A DNA stretch of 34,873 nucleotides. It comes from Bacillota bacterium (GTDB taxonomy: Bacteria; Bacillota_I; Bacilli_A; RFN20; CAG-826). The notes below the pieces were generated by a model that was not told the DNA's origin, did not search any database, and saw nothing but the letters and a program-made list of their open reading frames with translations. Positions within the stretch are counted from its first letter, which is position 1, and each line of letters begins with the position of its first letter. Positions 29,403 to 34,873 of this stretch are shown here, piece by piece. Position numbers and translations under genes: made by a program. The stretch spans positions 1 to 34,873 of the forward strand of contig JAEWLX010000026.1 in NCBI GenBank assembly GCA_023457325.1, written 5' to 3'.

Positions 29403-30905
29403 ATGATGAACAAAACGACTAAGATTATTCTCGGATTAGCAATGTTTGCTCTACTACCATTAAGCAGCTGCAATCCAACACCTACTTGCGTTGTCTTAGA
29501 TTCACCAGATGATCTATTGACGACACCGGTAACCGATTCTTTTAAATTTCCTCAAGAAGACGTTTACGCCACTAAAACATTCACAACCGTTGAAACCGGT
29601 GGTTTAATGCTTGGTCAGGCAACTCTTAAATCAACAACTGACGGCGATACCGCTAACTTTGAAGTTGCCGGATACGCCGAGACGGTTCGCTTGAGATTTC
29701 TTGGCATAAATACTCCAGAATCAACTGCTAAAGTTGAACCATGGGGTAAGAAAGCTTCTATTTTTGTTAAGAACATTCTTGAAACAGCGCATACCATCGT
29801 TTTAATTAATGACGCCGTTGTCTTTGGAGAACGCGATAGCTCAGGTAATCGTCATCTTGGCTATATTTGGTACAAACCAGCAGCCGATGCTGATTTCCGC
29901 TTGTTAAATCTTGAAATTGTTGAGCAGTGTTATTCGAAGAATTTCTTATTTGTCAATTCGACCATTGCTCCTTATCGCGAAAAATTTGAGCAGGCTGAAG
30001 CTCGTGGTATCGAATGTAAATATCGTGTCCACGGAGCAGCCGATCCGGGTTATGACTATAGCGATAATGTCGAAGAACCGACAATTCGTTATCTTCGCGA
30101 TAATTATGATGAATTCGGTATTACCGAAGGCGGAAGTAGTGGTAAACAACTAATTATTTCCGGTCTTGTTGTTGGTCAAATGGGCGATAGCATGGTCCTT
30201 CGCGACATCACCGATATCGATGAGGAAACCGGGCAATATTGTTCAATGTATGCCTATGCCGGCTACAATACGGCGCTGGCATCAGTTGTGACCGTCGGCG
30301 ATGTTATTAAGATTTATGCCCGTGCGACGATGTACAATGGCAATATTCAACTTTCCGACTTAAAAACCAACACTACGGGCAAACAAAAAATTGAGTGGCT
30401 AGCCATTAGTCCCAACTCACCGATTTTGCCGCAAGTTTATCCTGTTTCTGAATATCCTGACGGCGATCCACGTTACGATGATTATCCAACTGATACTTCA
30501 GCCTATGACATGGACGCATCCACTTTTAACTCTTATGAAGACTTCGCGCCATACTCCGGTTATGTAGTCTCAGCCCGTGTTACGATTCGCTATGTCACGC
30601 CTTACACCGATGATGAAGAAGAAGAAGGAACAGGGACAGGAGAGGAATATTATTACAAGAAAGACGATAACAACAACATGACTGTTTATGGTGTTTCCGA
30701 TGGTGTAGATTTAGAAAGCAAACCCCTATATCTTAATTTAAGAGTTAGTGGTGAATGCTATCCTTACCCATCTCACACATTGTTTGTAGTTGGTCGTACA
30801 TACCTTATTAAAGGTTATTTAGCGGCTTACTTCGAACGTTATCAAATTCAGCTCTTCAACAATACGCCAGGAAGTGGTTACATCACTGATGTAACTCCTG
30901 CATAA
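29403..30905 (+). CDS. Lipoprotein with staphylococcal-nuclease (thermonuclease) domain and C-terminal OB-like barrels
   Basis: 500 aa with lipobox PLSSC; the start is ATG 29403 or 29406, after AAGGAGG. SNase core: DGDTANFEV...ETVRLRFLGINTPE...PWGKKASIFVKNIL...GNRHLGYIWY...LNLEIVEQCYSK. Two downstream segments have OB-like patterns. Confidence 0.8.
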   Translation: MMNKTTKIILGLAMFALLPLSSCNPTPTCVVLDSPDDLLTTPVTDSFKFPQEDVYATKTFTTVETGGLMLGQATLKSTTDGDTANFEVAGYAETVRLRFLGINTPESTAKVEPWGKKASIFVKNILETAHTIVLINDAVVFGERDSSGNRHLGYIWYKPAADADFRLLNLEIVEQCYSKNFLFVNSTIAPYREKFEQAEARGIECKYRVHGAADPGYDYSDNVEEPTIRYLRDNYDEFGITEGGSSGKQLIISGLVVGQMGDSMVLRDITDIDEETGQYCSMYAYAGYNTALASVVTVGDVIKIYARATMYNGNIQLSDLKTNTTGKQKIEWLAISPNSPILPQVYPVSEYPDGDPRYDDYPTDTSAYDMDASTFNSYEDFAPYSGYVVSARVTIRYVTPYTDDEEEEGTGTGEEYYYKKDDNNNMTVYGVSDGVDLESKPLYLNLRVSGECYPYPSHTLFVVGRTYLIKGYLAAYFERYQIQLFNNTPGSGYITDVTPA

Positions 30906-30922
30906 AAGAAAGGATACATAAT

Positions 30923-32074
30923 ATGATGAAACTATTTAAAAAATTCCTAATCCCCTTTCTAGCGATTGGCTTTCTTGCCGGATGCGGTGAGGAAGAAATC
31001 GTTGATTGGACGCCACAACAAGTGCTGGCTGAGGCGAGTAGTTTTGGTGCCATCCTTATTAATGGTAGTACCGGTACAGCATATGCTGACCGCTCTCAGA
31101 CAATTAACATAGCAACCGGTGACTATCTAATCGGTTCACGCGTAATTAATGTCAAAAATGTTATCAAAGATTTAGTTCCGGTAACCGTTACAGTCAATGT
31201 TGCTTTTGAAATGGACAGTGAAACACTTGATAATTGGACCGTCGGTCGTGGACGTCCAACGGTTGATCATGATCGTTTTATTCCAACAATTCCATCCGGA
31301 GAAGATGCCGAAGATTATAACTCAGTTTTAACTGCGACCCTTTCATACGGCGAAGAAACATTGGCCGTCACATGGAATATTCGTGTTCGAAAGATCGAAA
31401 TAATCGAAACGACGATTGGCGCAATGAGAAGCGGTACTTCTGGCGTTAAAGTCAAAGATATTGTAAAAATCCGCGGTTATATTACCTCTCATTTCGAAGA
31501 AGGCACAGACACTAGTGATACACACGTTTATGCCGGTGTGTATATTGCCGATGGCGAGCGCGCCATCATGCTTTATGCCGGCGTCATGTCATCCCTATGG
31601 TGGGAAAGTGATGAACCCGCCTTTGCAATTGGCGATTTAGTTGAAGTCGTCGGTTCTTATGAGCCTTACAACGGCTTAGCCGAGGTCAAACCTTCAAGTA
31701 TGGTCATTATCGATTCTGATCCAAACGTTGCTACGCCTGTCAATCTAGTTATTACTGATGCCGCCACACAATGGTCCAAATCAGCTTTAACAGGACATGA
31801 TTCAAGAATCACTGTTTTCGAGGATTTGACTTATGTTTCGGGCACTGTCAGTGCAAACGGACAACACTCATCCATTTATTTCAAGAGTGGGACAGTATCG
31901 GTTCTAATGTATATTAACTACCATATTGGTACAGCCGCCCAAGATCAATTCCGTACCTTTATTGCCGGATTGACTGCCAATGTCTCTGTTATTGATTTTA
32001 CCGGCACTCTCTCTTGGTATAACGGACCACAACTAAGCCCGACATCATTTGCTGATGTTTCTCTTGCTTCGTAA
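30923..32074 (+). CDS. Lipoprotein with two OB-fold-like barrels (putative nucleic-acid binding), function unknown
   Basis: 383 aa with lipobox FLAGC and AAAGGA upstream. Segments VKIRGYITSH...VYIADGERAIMLYAG...IGDLVEVVGSYEPYNGLAEVKP and ITVFEDLTYVSGTV...VIDFTGTLSWYNGPQLSP resemble the OB modules found in extracellular nucleases such as YhcR and ExeM/NucH-type proteins. This is pattern recognition only. Confidence 0.6.
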   Translation: MMKLFKKFLIPFLAIGFLAGCGEEEIVDWTPQQVLAEASSFGAILINGSTGTAYADRSQTINIATGDYLIGSRVINVKNVIKDLVPVTVTVNVAFEMDSETLDNWTVGRGRPTVDHDRFIPTIPSGEDAEDYNSVLTATLSYGEETLAVTWNIRVRKIEIIETTIGAMRSGTSGVKVKDIVKIRGYITSHFEEGTDTSDTHVYAGVYIADGERAIMLYAGVMSSLWWESDEPAFAIGDLVEVVGSYEPYNGLAEVKPSSMVIIDSDPNVATPVNLVITDAATQWSKSALTGHDSRITVFEDLTYVSGTVSANGQHSSIYFKSGTVSVLMYINYHIGTAAQDQFRTFIAGLTANVSVIDFTGTLSWYNGPQLSPTSFADVSLAS

Positions 32075-32110
32075 CATGTTTCAACGAATCACACATTAAG
32101 GGAGGAAACA

Positions 32111-32797
32111 ATGGAAAAAACCTTTAAAGATAAAGCTCGTGATGGGCTTCTGGTTGGTTTAGAATACTTAAAGAAAAACTATTTGAGTTTGGTTGTTGCT
32201 TTATTAACCATTCTCATTTACATTTTCCTCGTTCTTCCGGCCGCTTCAGTTACGGTCAGCGATATTAATCTGATTACAAATCAAGAAACATATACGCTTA
32301 TCAATCTCACGCAGAATGTTGAAGCATATCGTCTATCCGACATTTTATTCGGCCGGATTATTCAGCAAGTTAGCGGTACATTTAACTATGTTAATAACAG
32401 TGATGCCGGCTTAAACAATCCTAATCTTGTCCATACGTTTGGAGTAGTATTTTTTCCAAACAATGTATTCGTGGGATCTGGTTTGATTCTCTTCTTGATT
32501 GCCTCCATTTTAATGGTCTTTCCTAAATTAATTATGCGGACCGTCGGTGCATCGCTTGCTTTAGTTGGAGCCTTCTTAATGCTCTTTATTTATTCGCAAG
32601 TCATGTATGATGTTCCAATTGGAATTCGCGGCCTTCAAGTTGAATACGCTGTTAGTTATGGAGCTGGTCCAATAATTCTAATTATTACTGGTTTTGCTAT
32701 CGCCGCTGTCGCTATCCTTGTCACTGTGCTCGATTATATTGCCGATTACAAACATCGCAAGAGCGAAAGCCAACGCTATCTACGCGGCGGCGTATAA
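32111..32797 (+). CDS. Hypothetical polytopic membrane protein (last gene of the ABC/nuclease operon)
   Basis: 228 aa with GGGAGG upstream. It has one N-terminal helix, an ~80-aa loop, three more helices and a basic C-terminal tail. No family recognised. Confidence 0.65.
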   Translation: MEKTFKDKARDGLLVGLEYLKKNYLSLVVALLTILIYIFLVLPAASVTVSDINLITNQETYTLINLTQNVEAYRLSDILFGRIIQQVSGTFNYVNNSDAGLNNPNLVHTFGVVFFPNNVFVGSGLILFLIASILMVFPKLIMRTVGASLALVGAFLMLFIYSQVMYDVPIGIRGLQVEYAVSYGAGPIILIITGFAIAAVAILVTVLDYIADYKHRKSESQRYLRGGV

Positions 32798-32816
32798 AAA
32801 AGTATACCAATCGTTT

Positions 32817-32846
32817 AAGGGCAGTCGTATGATTGCCCTTTTCTAT
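32817..32846 (+). terminator. Rho-independent terminator ending the ABC/nuclease operon
   Basis: Stem AAGGGCA / TGCCCTT (32817-32823 / 32834-32840) followed by TTCTAT. This is the first terminator-like structure since 22827. Confidence 0.65.
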
Positions 32847-32866
32847 AAGAAAATATGCCGAAGTTC

Positions 32867-32895
32867 TTGAAAGTGATGGCAAAATCATTTACTAT
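32867..32895 (+). promoter_or_regulatory. Candidate promoter of tRNA-Lys
   Basis: TTGAAA (32867-32872), a 17-nt spacer, and TACTAT (32890-32895), about 15 nt upstream of the mature tRNA 5' end. Confidence 0.5.
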
Positions 32896-32909
32896 TATTT
32901 GGCATTAAT

Positions 32910-32985
<76 letters not shown>

Positions 32986-32996
32986 TTGTCTATAAG

Positions 32997-33016
32997 CCGC
33001 ACATAGTGCGGTTTTT
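32997..33016 (+). terminator. Rho-independent terminator after tRNA-Lys
   Basis: Stem CCGCAC / GTGCGG (32997-33002 / 33006-33011) with loop ATA, followed by TTTTT. Confidence 0.7.
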
Positions 33017-33071
33017 CTTTATTGTGAGACTACTTTTTCAAGTATATAATTATAAAGAAGGAGATACTCAT

Positions 33072-33512
33072 ATGAATGGACCGAGCCTAACAAATGTCCG
33101 CAAGTATTTATTGGCCATTAAAAAAAGCCCTCGTAAATATTTAACAAGCGAACACCTTTCGAAAGAAATGGGTCTTTTTCCTGATGTAATCAACCGTGTC
33201 CTTTCCTATTTTGATCCACTCGTCAATATGGATTTTACCTACGATGTGCGCACATTAGTGCCACTGATGGAAGAATATGTTGCTAAATTGTCTTTAGAAA
33301 GAAAAAAAGTAGCCAAACCAAGAGTTATTGTTACTAAAAAGGAAGTTGGCGAATTTGAATCGTTAAGCGATTTTATCTTTAAAAAATATGTTTTTGAAAG
33401 CAGTGGTCTTTTTGATCGAAGTGCCACCTTATCCGATAGCGAACTTCGCATTCTTAAAAAGCTTATAACGATTGAGCAAAATGAGCGAAAAAGCAAGAAA
33501 TTGAAAAAATAG
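33072..33512 (+). CDS. Small basic protein with Rex-N-terminal-like winged-helix region (no Rossmann domain)
   Basis: The track ORF 32925 runs through the tRNA and its terminator. The real start is ATG 33072, 8 nt after GAAGGAGA (146 aa). Residues ~10-70 (RKYLLAIKKSPRKYLTSEHLSKEMGLFPDVINRVLSYFDPL...YDVRTLVPLMEEYV) line up by eye with the Rex DNA-binding N-domain (..YYRFL....G...VSSAELS.....D.ATIRRDFSYFG.LG..G.GY.V..L...). The family assignment is tentative. Confidence 0.55.
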   Translation: MNGPSLTNVRKYLLAIKKSPRKYLTSEHLSKEMGLFPDVINRVLSYFDPLVNMDFTYDVRTLVPLMEEYVAKLSLERKKVAKPRVIVTKKEVGEFESLSDFIFKKYVFESSGLFDRSATLSDSELRILKKLITIEQNERKSKKLKK

Positions 33513-33518
33513 TCGTTT

Positions 33519-33549
33519 GGAAGCCCTATCATTAGTGGCTTCCTTTTTT
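33519..33549 (+). terminator. Rho-independent terminator after the small Rex-like gene
   Basis: Stem GGAAGCC / GGCTTCC (33519-33525 / 33537-33543) with an 11-nt loop, followed by TTTTTT. Confidence 0.7.
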
Positions 33550-33564
33550 ATATATTATATAACC

Positions 33565-33593
33565 TTGAAAAAAAGCGTCCATACACATATAAT
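33565..33593 (+). promoter_or_regulatory. Promoter of the pyruvate:ferredoxin oxidoreductase gene
   Basis: TTGAAA (33565-33570), a 17-nt spacer, and consensus TATAAT (33588-33593). AAGGAG lies 6 nt before the ATG. Confidence 0.6.
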
Positions 33594-33620
33594 ACAATTG
33601 ATATTTTAAGGAGAATTTCC

Positions 33621-34873
33621 ATGGCAATTAAAAAAAGATTTCTATCGGTCGATGGTAATACGGCCGCTGCGCTTGCGAGTTACAATTTTACAGAAGTCGC
33701 AGGTATTTACCCGATTACTCCAAGTTCAAACATGGCCGAATTAGTCGATGTCTATTCTTCGCAAGGAAAAATTAATTTCTTTGGCAATGTTTGTAAGGTT
33801 GTTGAAATGCAATCAGAAGGTGGCGCTGCCGCTGTCGTTCATGGCGCTTTGCAAGGCGGAGCTTTTGCTTCATCTTATACGGCCAGTCAAGGCCTTTTGT
33901 TAATGATTCCTAACATTTATAAGTGGTGCGGGGAACTTCTTCCAGCTGTTCTACATGTATCGGCCCGCAGTATCGCGACACGCTCCTTATCAATTTTTGG
34001 CGATCATCAAGACATTTATGCCGTGCGACAAACAGGCATTACCATTATGTCTTCCCACAGCGTTCAGGAAGTTGCTGATTTAGCCCCGATTGCTCACTTA
34101 ATTGCAATTGATGCCGAAGCACCGGTTCTACACTTCTTTGATGGTTTTAGAACTTCTCATGAAATACAAAACATCGAATTAATCGATGATGAAGAATGGA
34201 AGAAACTTCTTCCACTTGATAAAGTCGAAAGGTTTAAGGCTAGAGCCCTTAATCCGCATACACACCCTGTTACCCGCGGTGGTGCAGAAAACGAAGATAT
34301 TTATTTTCAAGGCCGTGAAGCCCAAAACACTCATTACGCAAAAGTTCTTGATTACGCCGAGAAGTATTTTAGCGAAGCCTCAAGATTAACCGGTCGTCAT
34401 TATGCTCCCTTTACCTATTATGGTGATGAAAAAGCTGAAGACGTTATCGTGGCTATGGGTTCGGTGACGGAAACGACAATTGAAGTCATTAATGCCCTTC
34501 GTAAGGGCGGATCGAAAGTCGGTTTGGTCAAGGTACATCTCTATCGTCCTTTCTCCGCGAAACATTTAGTAAGCATCATTCCTTCCACTGTTAAACGGAT
34601 TGCTGTTTTAGACCGCACGAAAGAAATGGGCGCTCCAGGTGAGCCTTTATATCTTGATGTCGTGACTGCCCTTCGCCAAGAAGGACGCGATATTGCCGTC
34701 TATGGCGGCCGTTATGGTCTTTCTAGTAAAGATGTTCCACCTCGTGACGTTAAAGCCGTCTATGACATGCTAAAAGGCAAACCATTCCATAATTTCACCA
34801 TTGGCATCGTCGATGATGTCACAAATCTCTCGTTAACAGTTGATGAAGATTTCCATACTGAAAACGACTATAC
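33621..34873 (+). CDS. nifJ: Pyruvate:ferredoxin (flavodoxin) oxidoreductase, single-polypeptide type, 5' partial (runs off the window)
   Basis: Not in the ORF track because no stop falls in the window. My own translation from ATG 33621 gives MAIKKRFLSVDGNTAAALASYNFTEVAGIYPITPSSNMAELVD..., the canonical PFOR domain-I N-terminus. The frame stays open for 417 codons to the window end. Confidence 0.92.
   Translation, partial: MAIKKRFLSVDGNTAAALASYNFTEVAGIYPITPSSNMAELVDVYSSQGKINFFGNVCKVVEMQSEGGAAAVVHGALQGGAFASSYTASQGLLLMIPNIYKWCGELLPAVLHVSARSIATRSLSIFGDHQDIYAVRQTGITIMSSHSVQEVADLAPIAHLIAIDAEAPVLHFFDGFRTSHEIQNIELIDDEEWKKLLPLDKVERFKARALNPHTHPVTRGGAENEDIYFQGREAQNTHYAKVLDYAEKYFSEASRLTGRHYAPFTYYGDEKAEDVIVAMGSVTETTIEVINALRKGGSKVGLVKVHLYRPFSAKHLVSIIPSTVKRIAVLDRTKEMGAPGEPLYLDVVTALRQEGRDIAVYGGRYGLSSKDVPPRDVKAVYDMLKGKPFHNFTIGIVDDVTNLSLTVDEDFHTENDY

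Overview
All credible genes in this 34.9 kb window lie on the + strand. The backbone is the conserved translation/transcription core: rplK-rplA, rplJ-rplL, rpoB-rpoC, then rpsL-rpsG-fusA-tuf. Downstream are two membrane proteins, a nine-gene ABC-transporter/nuclease operon, tRNA-Lys(CUU), a small Rex-N-terminal-like protein, and the 5' part of a pyruvate:ferredoxin oxidoreductase gene. Conserved proteins read through intact in the standard code: Trp is TGG and one gene ends in TGA. Eight proteins carry lipoprotein signal peptides, SD sites are mostly strong, and extended -10 (TGnTATAAT) promoters recur. This suggests a low-GC Bacillota/Mycoplasmatota organism, possibly Acholeplasma-like and not a UGA=Trp mycoplasma; I cannot name the species. 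Two regions are not ordinary core. (1) A 6.5 kb tandem array of four diverged paralogous lipoproteins with an M6 (InhA-like) HExxHxxGxxD zinc-protease domain sits exactly between rpoC and rpsL, with its own strong promoter. (2) One operon combines a MalK/UgpC-type ABC importer, two paralogous oversized solute-binding lipoproteins, a staphylococcal-nuclease-domain lipoprotein with OB-like barrels, a second OB-like lipoprotein and a polytopic membrane protein. I read this as a candidate surface nucleic-acid capture, degradation and import module. I saw no CRISPR arrays, transposases, integrases, rRNA genes or long repeats. All minus-strand ORFs in the track look like antisense shadows of conserved genes.
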